DNA from: Schmidtea polychroa
Lineage: Eukaryota
DNA length: 64,000 nt
Reading direction: 5' to 3'
Assembly (NCBI GenBank): GCA_044892525.1
Contig: CM097885.1
Span: forward strand, 45,758,001-45,822,000
The notes under the pieces are model-generated. The model had not been told where the DNA came from and ran no database searches. It was given only the letters and a program-made list of their open reading frames with translations. Each line of letters starts with the position of its first letter. Position 1 is the first letter of the stretch. Shown one piece after another: positions 47,800 to 58,927 of this stretch. Both the position numbers and the translations under genes were made by a program.

Positions 47800-48737
47800 A
47801 CCTTATCAAATGGTGTTGCTATTCGAATGCACATATCAACTCTTTTTCAAATTTGTATGAGAATTAACCAATTATCAATAACATATTTTACATTTCTAAT
47901 CATTCATTTGCAAATATTTGTTATTGTTTCTTTTAAGTAAATAGAAAATAAATTTTATTTATTTAACATAAATTTTCGGCATATCTTATTAAGGGTATTT
48001 TTAACAGTTGTGGTGTCTTAGACAAGTATTAGTTGAAATAGTGAAATAATTGACATAAAATTATTAACGATTACTAACATATATATTATAAGAACTTTTT
48101 TCAATTTTCATCTCTGATTTCTTTTCGATTAACATAGTATTTATTAGAAAATTTTGACTATGAATCAGTAAAGATATCGATGTTTTTTAATATTCACTTA
48201 TTTTCGAAACAGCCTTTTTCAAGTAATTTTAAAATATATAATATACAAAAAAATATATAATAAAATATAGTAAATATAATAAAATACAATAAAATATATA
48301 ATATATATAATTTATTATTATTATTATTCTATCAATCATTACAAAAGATGAAAATAAAGTTTTACGACGGTATTAAGTAAACAATTTGTTTGTTGTGATT
48401 TAAAGTGTTTTGTCAGATTTAATCAAACTTAAGACGACCTAGAAAATTAGGAAATTTTAATTATTTATTGTTAAAATTTGTAGTTGTGATTAAATCGAGT
48501 TGTACAAGCTATTTTTTGGAAATTAAATTTTCAATTTGTTGGGTCTCTGTTAATTAATACACGGACACAATGGGTCAAAATTTGTAATAGTCTTACAGAA
48601 TTTTTTTTAGTACTTTTACCAATGAAAATGTATCATGATATATAACAATTAAAATTTTATTAAAATTTATAAATTCATAAAGTTGATTGGCATTATTTGT
48701 TGAGTATTATTAATGTTATTTTCACTATTTGTTATAG

Positions 48738-48844
48738 AAATCCTAATGAACCAAAACCAAACTATCCTTACGAATTATATAACCAATTCTCAATGGACTA
48801 TTGGCCACAGTACACTGTAACAGAAAAACAATACATTAATTTTG
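48738..48844 (+). CDS. Neuroligin-like gene, internal exon 4 (not in ORF track)
   Basis: tatag|A acceptor (phase 2) gives G-NPNEPKPNYPYELYNQFSMDYWPQYTVTEKQYINFG, the typical GNPN...WP.Y....QY...G segment. G|gtaagt donor. Confidence 0.85.
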
Positions 48845-49076
48845 GTAAGTTCTTTAGTTATATATTTTACTGAATTTCAGTTATTTGCGAATTATAAAAA
48901 TATTTATATCATGTTCTTTTGTATTTAAGATTGTACTAATTAGAAAAAATTTAAATACATTGAAATAATGGAATGACTAAGATATGACCCAATATTCAAG
49001 AATGAATTCATGATAACCTGAGCCCATCATCGCCAGCCATATTCCTACAAAATATCACATATTGGCAATAATTAAT

Positions 49077-49150
<74 letters not shown>

Positions 49151-49734
49151 AAGGTATAATTTATATATAATATGAGTAAAATTAGATAAAATCCCAAATT
49201 TTTAATTAATTTTGGATTTTAAGAGATTTTAGCATTTTATTGATTTGTACATTTATTATTTTGCACAGTCAAACTTATTTTGAGCTATTTTATACGAAAC
49301 CCAACAAAACTCGCCTGTTCTCTATTTGGGTGTAATCCACATAGTATATTTGACTAGCTGAGCCTTGATTACATTTCTTAAATAATTCATTAAATGAGTA
49401 TAGACTGTATAATAAAAACGCTTCCTTTTTCTTTTAGACAGAAAGTATAGATTGGTATATGTGATAATAGAATTATTTGAAATTTGAAAAGACAAGATAT
49501 AGGCGTTCAATGTTTATCTGGACTGATTCAACATTGTTTTAAAATTATTGCATTTTCTTTGTTGACAACTTGTTAATATAACCACTAATTTGAGAAACTG
49601 TATCATTTTTTCTATTCCATTTTAAAAATTAATTAATTAATGATTTAGGTTTTAATATTTGTTTAAATTCACTGCAATACTCTTGTTATGCATTTGAACA
49701 AATATAATTTAAAGAATATAAGCGCTGATTTACA

Positions 49735-49785
<51 letters not shown>

Positions 49786-52779
49786 GTATTTATTAAAAAA
49801 ATTTAGAATAACATACTTATTTCTTATGCGACCCACCTAATTTTATATTTTACTTACATAATTTTTTCAATTTGACCTACTTAATATGATCTTTAACTGA
49901 CATTTTGACCAATACATGACTTTAGATTGAAATAGCTTTTAAAAATGAAATAATTTTTCTATAAGAAAATAAAATAATTAGAATTATACATTTAGGAAAA
50001 TAATTAACATAAATAATACATATAACTTAATAAAGCAAATTTTGAAATTTATAAACCAATTAGCAATATTATTTGAATCTTCTCATTTTTGAAAGAACAT
50101 TTTTAATTTTATTTTTTCAATTAAACTAATTTACAATCGTCAATTAAACAGCAGAAAATAAAATGTATTTATATTTTTGTCAATTAAGATTTTAGAATAA
50201 TTTTTGTATTTATAATTAAATTCTTTAAAATTCATGATTATATAACTTTTTAAATCAACAAAATTATTATAATTTTGATTTTTAAATATAATTTTTTATA
50301 TAATTTTTATATAATTTTTTCCCTCTAAATATTCATTAATGTTCCGTGAAAATTTGAAATTCGTTCCCAATTTAAAAAGTTTCAAAGTTTCAAAGAATAG
50401 TTAGGATTCATTTATGCCAATTTTGGATGCTGATATTACATCCTTATAAATTTCTAATTTTAGTATTGCGGGCAGGATAAAGAGCGAATTTTTTTTCTTT
50501 TTTTCTTATTGCAAGTTTTTCTAAAAACTACAATGTCTTGTTTTGATAGATTAAACTATAATTTGAACGATACCAATAATATTATTAAAAATATAGATTC
50601 ATGCCCCTTAAAACGCTAATGATAAATCTGCCGAGTAAAATAAAATGTTCAAAAGATTCAATTTGTTTGTCATATTTTATCCTTTTGTTTATTCAATTAA
50701 CATTTAGGGTATTTTGAAAAATATAATTCTTACCAACGTTTAAAACAGTTCTTTGCGGCTTATTTAATAGTTCAATTTTATCAAATGTTAGAGTTTTTAC
50801 ATTTAAAGTATATCAGTAAAATAAACTTCTTTTGGTCCTATTTAATCTGTGGTGATCTTTTAAAAATATGTTTTAAAAAAACTTTGATTTTTGTTAGTAC
50901 TCCATCTAGAACTTCCGAAATTCCAAGAATTCAGTTCTCTTTTCAACATTGATATAAGAGCGCCAGGGTCAAGAATATATCTTTCATTCACATTTCTTGT
51001 GTCATATTAAAGTTTAAACAAATAAATTTTAAATAATTTTAAATAAAATTTATTTTAGTTAATATTATTCAAATTTAACAGGATTTTATTTTATTTTATT
51101 TTGATTAAGCAATATTATTTTTAATAAATAACTATTTGACTCACATTTGACATAATCATGAAGTTGCAAAAATTATCAAATTTGCTATACAGATTACCAT
51201 AGAGTATAAAGTGAAAAGATTTGTGAAACGACTTTATAAAAAGAAATTAACAAAATGAAACATTTATTGGTAACATCATTATTATTAAAAATTAATTTTC
51301 AAATTACCAATTTAGCAAATTTACTATTTTTGAACTGACAAATCCAAAAATAAACCAAATAAAGAATAATTCATTATTGAAAATATTTCATTTAAAATTA
51401 AAACAAAATTAATTTTTAATTTACAAGCATTCTGGTCTGACAAACAAACAATTAATTTTTGTTTACAGAAGCAAGTGGAAATTATACAGTTATGAATTAC
51501 AAAATATAGAAATGAAAAATAGAAAAATTAAAAGTGATAAAGTCTACCGGCTGCTTTATCGTGAAATAAATTTTAATGTTCTATGATTATTGTTTTAATA
51601 ATTTAAAAGGATTATTCGAGGACTATTGAACAAACGCTGACATTGTCAACCCAAACTTGTAGTGATTCTGCAGTAATGTAATGCATCACGTCCAATGATG
51701 CACAAGATTATGTTTAGAGATTAAAACTTCTTTGATAAAGTTGAAAATAAATTTGCTATTGTTGCGACTGAAGTTGTCCATTGGGCTCTAACTTTCTCTA
51801 CTAATACATTATCAAAAGCAGAAAAAAGACTTTAAGTTTTAAATACTTTAATAAGGTTGCCTGATGTCACGATTAATCATGATTATCATCGTTTTAAAGT
51901 TCCGTGTCCCAATGTCTCAAATTAACGTTTTTGTGAGCTCTAAAATCCCGGTTTGCAAATTTTTAATTATCTACAAAGATTTATCTGAGTTTAAAAATAT
52001 TTAAGTATGAACTATAATTTATAAATAAAATGTCGTTGTCTATTAGACATTAAACACTTGAGCAATATTCAATACATTTTGGTAGGAGAGAAACAAAAAA
52101 TAAATAAATTCATTGATAATTTTCCCTCATTCACAAGAGTAGATGGCTAGGGGCCTGCTAACTCACATACCCTCCATCCTAGTATTTTTATGTAGGTCAA
52201 TTAGTATTTTTATGTAGTTCAACTCGAAATGTATGTAGGTCAAATCGCTTTAAAAGTAGGGACGTGCTAACTTAAAGTTGATTATTGAAAGTTCCTGATA
52301 TAGTATTTCGCCGATCAATTGCTCAATTTGAAGGGTTTTTATCAGAGTACCCGAATATCTATTATAATCATCCAAGGTATTGCAAGGATATTGTAAGAGC
52401 TATTTTAAAGGGTTTTGTGAACGATCAACTCAAAATTTAAATAACCGCGCGCGCAGATATATTTTTAATCAACATTTATTTATTTAATTGAAAATGTTAT
52501 TAATAGTTTTAATAATCAGTTCAATATTTGAAATATATTGTACGAAAATAATTAGAAACAAAACAATTGCTATATTTTTTCAAGAATGAAATAAAATATT
52601 TATCATTAAAGAACTAGATATCTAAAATAAATTAATAAAAAGATATGTAGTTTTGCTAATCATGCCCTTATATTGCACATATCCTTGTTTCTTATTTATT
52701 TGATATTCTAACTTATTATTATCCAAGGGTTTTTGCATCCCATTATTCTGTATTTATTCCCTACAATGAATCTTATTTC

Positions 52780-53108
52780 AGATTTATTCGGACATTGAGA
52801 AATAGATTCAAGAAATATTATGTTCACCAAGCTAATAAAATATGGATACCTGTTTTTCCTAAAACTATAAATAGTTGTAATTATTCATCACATTGAGGTC
52901 TGAGTGGATTGAGACTTGTGGATATCTCATCTAAAAGTTAGGTTAAATCATGGACTTTTAAAAACGTTAAAAAATGAAAAAACCGAAATATAAATTCGGT
53001 GATAACGTTAAAATTAGTGCATCTCCATAAAAAGTTTCGATACAAACTAAAGTGATGTTTAAAGAATATCAAAAATCAATACTAAACAGTTATCCAGTAA
53101 TGTATGTC
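52780..53108 (+). pseudogene. Polinton integrase C-terminal relic (not in ORF track)
   Basis: Hand translation RFIRTLRNRFKKYYVHQANKIWIPVFPKTINSCNYSSH*GLSGLRLVDI...KPKYKFGDNVKIS...YPVMYV parallels ERLNRTLK...YNNDVH...KPKFKIGDRVRI...TPITY of the intact integrase. Confidence 0.7.
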
Positions 53109-53360
53109 AGTAGTGTGTATATATACCCAACCCAAACAGCCCTCCCAACAAAAACATACCTCCATTACGCTTAAACCATTAGAAAAACAACATAAAACCT
53201 ATGTTTTTATAGTATTTTAACCCCATATTTTAAACAACAACCACCCTTAATCTTTAAAGCCTCAAACTCAAAAGCTTCAAACTAAAAAGAGAATAGAAAA
53301 GAAAATGGCATTATGAAAAAGTTAGAGGGCTATTTGGGATAGGGCTATATACACACTACT
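53109..53360. repeat. Inverted repeat with Polinton-type AGTAGT...ACTACT termini
   Basis: 53109-53149 vs 53321-53360: first 15 nt identical (AGTAGTGTGTATATA), then imperfect. Confidence 0.8.
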
Positions 53361-53948
53361 TTTGATCGTAATCAAACTCCGGAGTTGATCTTTATCAGAT
53401 TATTGATTTTAAATTATATAAATTAAAAAATAAATGAAAAATAGTAAAACTGCTCTGAGGGGACAGTGGTATTTTTTTTTTCACTGTCCTCTCAACAGTT
53501 TTTTTGATCCGGATCATTTCAACCTCTTTCGTTTATCAAATCTCTTCCAATATACAAGCTGGCCAGACTCATACATCAGAATCAATTCAATAATAGCAGC
53601 ACACCTTATTATTCGCTTCTCGCTCGAATACGATTGCTGCTCGAAAGTACAAATGAATTCGAAAGTGAATTCGAAAGAGATCCGAAAACAACTGAGAAAT
53701 AAATGTGCACATTAAAGAATCGATCCGGGGGTGTTCGAAAGACAGGTGGCGATAATTACCGGTTCGCCACCATCACCCGTTTCAATAATTTTTTTTTCAT
53801 ATTTATGTTTAAAAAATAAAATAAAATAAAATAAATAAAATAAATAAAATAAAATAAAAATAAATAAAATATACAACTACTTTATAAATCTAAGATACCC
53901 ACAATATTATTTTCAAATTTTTAATATTATTTTATGTTGAAAAAAAAC

Positions 53949-54021
53949 TAACCACAGTTAGGATTTGAACCACCATCCATTTGAACCACTGTGCCAGTCT
54001 AGCCCACTGCGCTATCTAGGT
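53949..54021 (-). ncRNA. tRNA-like Pol III-type unit 1
   Basis: A box TAGCGCAGTGG, B box GGTTCAAATCC at tRNA spacing, followed by an oligo-T run. Cloverleaf poorly paired. Confidence 0.5.
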
Positions 54022-54268
54022 TTGGATTTTTGTTATTTTTTAGACTATAAATAATCGATTCAAGTTCTTTAACTCTTTCCTGTAATTGTTTCATTTTCTT
54101 CAATCTTATATCAGCAACATCTACAGCCTTCATATAAAAATGTCGATACTTCTCATTATCTACCATCAACTCTTTGATGTATTCTAATGGTTCTTTTTCT
54201 CTTCTTTTCATTCTCTTATGTCTAACTTCATTCAATTCATTTCTCATTCTTTCTTTTAACTCATCCAT
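53999..54268 (-). CDS. Small basic coiled-coil protein, probably Polinton-encoded, function unknown
   Basis: 89 aa, charged and helical; TATAAAAATG start context like the other element ORFs. Confidence 0.55.
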   Translation of the reverse strand: MDELKERMRNELNEVRHKRMKRREKEPLEYIKELMVDNEKYRHFYMKAVDVADIRLKKMKQLQERVKELESIIYSLKNNKNPNLDSAVG

Positions 54269-54439
54269 TTTTATAAATATTTTTTTTATTGGATATATTA
54301 ATTTTTGGTAGCTTAAGTTAAAACGTTTTTGATCTTAAATTTCCAAGAGTTGCCGTTGACCAATCTCCTTAAAAATTTGTACAAGTACTAAATCGAGTAT
54401 GCTGATCAATATTTCGTTAAAAAAATATTTGAAAAAAAA

Positions 54440-54512
54440 TGACCGAAATGGGATTTGAACCCATTGGTATTGGCAATGCAGTCGAGTGCTATTATCACTA
54501 AGCTATTAGAGC
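54440..54512 (-). ncRNA. tRNA-like Pol III-type unit 2 (resembles tRNA-Cys GCA)
   Basis: 73 nt. TAGCTTAGTGA A box, D stem GCT/AGC, ...GACTGCA..., perfect T arm ATGGG-TTCAAAT-CCCAT, then T8. Anticodon stem unpaired. Confidence 0.6.
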
Positions 54513-54682
54513 TATACTCAATATAAAATAAGTTGTTAATGTGTGACTATTTATTGATGAAATTAATAATTAATTATTCATTTTCTCGACAACTACCACT
54601 CAGATCCATCTGAAAATTTAAATATATACTAAAATCAGTACGCTGAATCAGATTCCGTTGAAAAAAAAATATCGAAAAAAAT

Positions 54683-54755
54683 TGACCAAAATCGAAAATT
54701 GAACCCGGTACTCCCGGTGATAAAATTGAAGCCTATTCCCACTCGCTATAATGGC
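54683..54755 (-). ncRNA. tRNA-like Pol III-type unit 3
   Basis: TAGCGAGTGG A-box-like, GGGTTCAATT B-box-like, oligo-T downstream; flank homologous to unit 2. Confidence 0.45.
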
Positions 54756-54813
54756 TTACATAATATATTTAATTAATCCTATTGTGTGTGTGTGTAAATT
54801 TATATATATAAAA

Positions 54814-56087
54814 ATGAATAATATAAATCTTAAAATTCAAGAAAAAAATAAATTAAATCTTGATTATAATAAAGAATTTACTCATGAAATCAAGAAAAAT
54901 GATGTACTTAAAATATCCCCTACGTCAGGATCGATTGCAAACTTAAATCGTAGGGGTGATATAGTTTTTCAATCTCTTCAAACATCAAACCCTATAGATA
55001 TTTGTAATGCTAAATTATATTATAAAATTGAATTAGAAATTGAAGCAAACAAAGATTCTTTCCAAATTTATTCTCCAACATGAGATTAAAACTAGGATCA
55101 TCAGAAATTGAAACTGTTTTACATCCAGGAGTATATTCTACAATGTTAAATTTTATTTTAACTGGTTGCGATTATAAAAACGAATATGGTGAATTAACAG
55201 GCTGGATTCCTGATGTTAATAAAGGAGATTTAGATAAAGATGGTTTAGCTATAAATTATGCTTACTATAAAAGAGTTGAACTTTATAAATCTAAAAAATT
55301 TGAAGGTTATTTTGAATTAAAACACTTGTGTGGATTCATTCAAAACTATAACCGTATACTTTATAATGTTTTTATAGAATTAGTTTGTAATAGAGTAGAA
55401 GGTGATAAAAGATTGTTCTATGGAGCTGCAGATACAACAGCTAAATTAAAATTATCAACACTTGAATTGCATATACCTGAATGGACATTAAACCCACATT
55501 CCGAAATCAAACTCCTTGAAAGATTAAATTCCAACAAGTCTATAAATGTAAATTATTTAAATAGAATCTGTAGTGAATTTAGTATGACAGAGGGTTCAAC
55601 ATATTCTATAAAGGTAGCAAATTTAGCATACCGACCGAGATATATCTTGATTGGATTCAAAGAAGTAGATTCATCTTTCCAAAAAAATAACAACTTGTTT
55701 ATTCAAAAGATTGGAGTTGATAATTTAAAAACAATCCAAATTCAATTAAATAGTTCTTATTATCCAATAAATAGAATGGAATTTAATATTGAAAATAATG
55801 AAAACATATTCCCATATCTAAATTATATTGAAACATGTTATGATTTCAAAGTTGAACCGCAATTAAGTTTAGAAGATTTCAAAAATTTATATTCTATATT
55901 TTGTATAAATGTTTCAGACCAAGATGATCGCCTAGCCATAAATAATGTTGATGTTACACTTCATGTAACAAAGGATTCTAATTTTAAAGCTAAAGTATAT
56001 ACATTAATATTAGAAGAAAAGAAAATAGAAATGAAATTATATGGTGGAAAGATTTCAATAATCGAAAATGTTAGGGGAGATTCTTAA
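54814..56087 (+). pseudogene. Polinton major capsid protein (double jelly-roll), frameshifted at about 55055
   Basis: N-part ISPTSGSIANLNRRGDIVF...NAKLY; the second frame reads FFPNLFSN-MRLKLGSSEIE..HPG, RPRYILIGF, LNSSYYP, FKNLYSIFCINVSDQ. Confidence 0.85.
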
Positions 56088-56104
56088 TATTTTAACATTT
56101 TAAA

Positions 56105-57463
56105 ATGTCTCTCTATTGGAGATGTGAAAGTTGTAATTGTCAAGTTACAAGACATCATAAAGCAAGTCATCTAAAAACTAAAAAACATATAGGAGGCGAC
56201 CTACAATCTTCAAAAGTGACATCTTCAATATTAAAACCTTTTACTACAGAAAAATATCCAGGTGAAAGACATTTATTTAAACACAACTATACCGGACCAG
56301 GAACAAGATTAGATATTAGATTAGATGAAAATAATAATCCTAAACAAGGAGAAGAACCAATAAATAGAATTGATCAAGCAGCTTTAAAACATGATATTGC
56401 TTACAATTCAACAAATCTTAGAGATAGACATGTTGCAGATGTGAATTTAATACATGATTTAAATAATATACAAAATCCATCAACTCAAGAAAAGATTCAA
56501 AGAGCTCTAGTTAAATTAGCAATGAAAGGTAAGATTTTCATAGGCTTAGGACTTCCCCCTAGGAAAGCAAAAGATGTTGCTAATAAAAAGATTATTGAAC
56601 AAGCAGACGCTGAAAGATCCCTCGAGAATATATCCAAGAGTAGTTTACAAACCCCAACAGAATCACAAATAAAATATGCCAACGAATTACACCATGAATT
56701 TAGAAAAAATAAAAAATATTTAAAAGTTCAAGTACATGAAAAAGATCAAACATGGTCTGCAGATTTAGTCTTTATGCCAACCAAATCATCAGACCCTGAA
56801 AAATATAAAATAATTTTAACAGTAATAGATTTATATACAAGATTTGCTTTTGCAAGGTGTTTAGAAAATAAAACAGGATATTCTATTACAGAAGCATTTG
56901 AAAATATATTTGAACAACATCAAAGAATTCCAAAATATTTATGGTGTGATAAAGGAACAGAATTTTATAACAAAGTTTTTACAAAGTTTTTAAATGAAAA
57001 TGATATTAAATTATATTCAACAGAAAACGAAGGAAAAGCAGTCGTAGTTGAAAGATTAAATAGAACATTAAAAAATAAAATGTGGAAATATTTTACTGCT
57101 ATTGGAAAACAAAAATGGAACAATGAGTTGTTACAAAAGATTGTAAATGAATATAATAATGATGTACATAGTTCTATAAAATCAACACCTTTAAATGCTT
57201 CCATGAATCCTGAAACCATTAAAGTGGTAAATATTGAAAATGATGTTATTGAAAAACCAAAGTTTAAAATTGGTGACCGAGTAAGAATATTTAAATATAA
57301 AAATAAATTTGAAAAAGGATTCACAGCAAAATGGACAAATGAAATTTTTATTATAAATAAAATACATTATACAACTCCAATAACATATAGCATCATTGAT
57401 TTAAATAATGAAAAAATATTAGGTAGATTTTATAATAATGAGTTACAGAAAACAGATTTTTAA
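56105..57463 (+). CDS. Fusion protein: C2H2-type Zn finger + parvovirus-type phospholipase A2 (PLA2X) + DDE retroviral-type integrase
   Basis: CESC...HLKTKKH; NYTGPGT...PINRIDQAALKHDIAY...DRHVAD; WSADLV, LWCDKGTEF, VVERLNRTLK, KPKFKIGDRVRI. Uninterrupted 452-aa ORF. Confidence 0.92.
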   Translation: MSLYWRCESCNCQVTRHHKASHLKTKKHIGGDLQSSKVTSSILKPFTTEKYPGERHLFKHNYTGPGTRLDIRLDENNNPKQGEEPINRIDQAALKHDIAYNSTNLRDRHVADVNLIHDLNNIQNPSTQEKIQRALVKLAMKGKIFIGLGLPPRKAKDVANKKIIEQADAERSLENISKSSLQTPTESQIKYANELHHEFRKNKKYLKVQVHEKDQTWSADLVFMPTKSSDPEKYKIILTVIDLYTRFAFARCLENKTGYSITEAFENIFEQHQRIPKYLWCDKGTEFYNKVFTKFLNENDIKLYSTENEGKAVVVERLNRTLKNKMWKYFTAIGKQKWNNELLQKIVNEYNNDVHSSIKSTPLNASMNPETIKVVNIENDVIEKPKFKIGDRVRIFKYKNKFEKGFTAKWTNEIFIINKIHYTTPITYSIIDLNNEKILGRFYNNELQKTDF

Positions 57464-57474
57464 GTCGACAAGCC

Positions 57475-58278
57475 CTAAAATAAACTTTTCCATATTTCAG
57501 CTTCTTCTCTATCCAAATAAATATAATTATATTTTTCTCTCCAATGATTATCAACAAACATATCAAACATATTCTTATCAGGTTCAACATTTGAAAATAA
57601 ATCATTATAAATCATATTCTTATCACGGCGATCTAATTTAAAAAATATAAAACAATTAGAATTATTTCTTATAGAGTTTTTATCTAAAGCATAATAAGTT
57701 TGAGATATATAAATAACATTACAATTATTATGTCTTCCTCTTGTAAAGTAACTCTTTTGAATCTCTTGATTTTTCATATTAACAACATCATCAAATATAA
57801 CTAGATTCTTTTTATCTTTAGGAAGTAAATCACAATGTAAAACATCTTCAGGTTTATTAGAGAATAAAACTTGAATTGCTTGCCCCTCTTCACAAATATA
57901 ATCATTTTTATTACTAATATCTGATTCTAAAATCTTTTCCTTATATTAATCAACCATATCACAAGGTTGAAAAACTTCTTCAGGACACCTATGTTGATTT
58001 TTAAAAATATCAATTATTGCTTTTTTAGTTAATTTATTTTCAAATCCACATTTCAAAAGTTGTAATTCTGGTTGATTTATGGTTGTAGAATAAAAGATTA
58101 AATTATTATAATCTAAAAAACCATCTTCAAGCAACATTTTCAAAACAAGTACATTCTTTCCACATCCAGAAGAACCAACAATTAATAATCTAAAATTATC
58201 AGGAAATACTTTATTATTAAATTTAGATTTATGTCTATTTAAAATTGGTTTCCAAATTATTGGACTTCGTACATCCAT
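57475..58278 (-). pseudogene. A32/FtsK-like DNA packaging ATPase with one in-frame TAA at 57946-57948
   Basis: Walker A GSSGCGKN; the frame continues past the stop to Walker B LVIFDD, then FTRGRHNNC..YISQ and IRNN. Confidence 0.9.
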
Positions 58279-58293
58279 TTTATTTATTATAAA

Positions 58294-58905
58294 ATGACCT
58301 CGAAGAGTTCCTCTACTGAAGAATCTTTGCAAGAATTTATAAATTCAAATAAAAATAAATCAGTAGTAATTGATGGTAAAAAATATTTTATTGGAAAACA
58401 TGTAAAAGAACAAGTTAGAGCGAAGCTGAAGGGCTCTTCGACTAAAGAAGGCGGCATTCTTCCATTAGCTGCTTTAATACCTGCAATCATTGCTGGTTTA
58501 TCAGGTGCTGCTGGAATAGCTGGAGGAATTGCAACTACAGTTCAAAAAGCTAAAGAATCTCAAAAGACAGACATAGAAAAAGAAAAACTACAAACTGAAA
58601 TCGATTCAATGAAGAAGGTAGGGCAAGCTAAGGGAAAAGGCCTCTATCTTAATCCATATGAGGGGATCCTGTCTGAAGGTTAAAAGTCTCAGGGGACTCT
58701 GTCCAAGGGAAAGGGTCTCTATCTTGATCCTTATAAAGGTAGAGGTTTAAATGATTTTTTAAAAAATCAAATTTCTACATCTGAATCTTTATCTTCAAAA
58801 GATAAAGATGATTTTAAAAAAATATGTAAATCTTTAAAGAATGGATGCCTTTGTAAAACTAAAAATGGTAAAGGTTTATACTTGAAGCCCTTCGAACCCC
58901 ATTGA
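58294..58905 (+). pseudogene. pX/pVII-like virion core protein precursor with one in-frame TAA at 58681
   Basis: GGILPLAALIPAIIAG resembles adenovirus pX; three GKGLYL repeats, two of them downstream of the stop in the same frame. Confidence 0.7.
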
Positions 58906-58927
58906 TACCATTTTTAATACCATAAAA

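Noticed and set aside
53434..53790. 93-aa ORF, TTCGAAAG repeats and a GGTGGCGA/TCGCCACC hairpin in the Polinton leader
   Set aside because: No recognisable homology and no clear A/B-box pair; may be regulatory but cannot be supported.
53949..54755. Calling the tRNA-like units functional tRNA genes
   Set aside because: Acceptor and anticodon stems do not pair well; reported as tRNA-like ncRNA candidates instead.
57946..58683. Alternative genetic code (TAA as sense) to explain two in-frame TAA codons
   Set aside because: TAA is the normal terminator of several neighbouring ORFs (MCP, integrase, ATPase, pPolB); point mutation is simpler.
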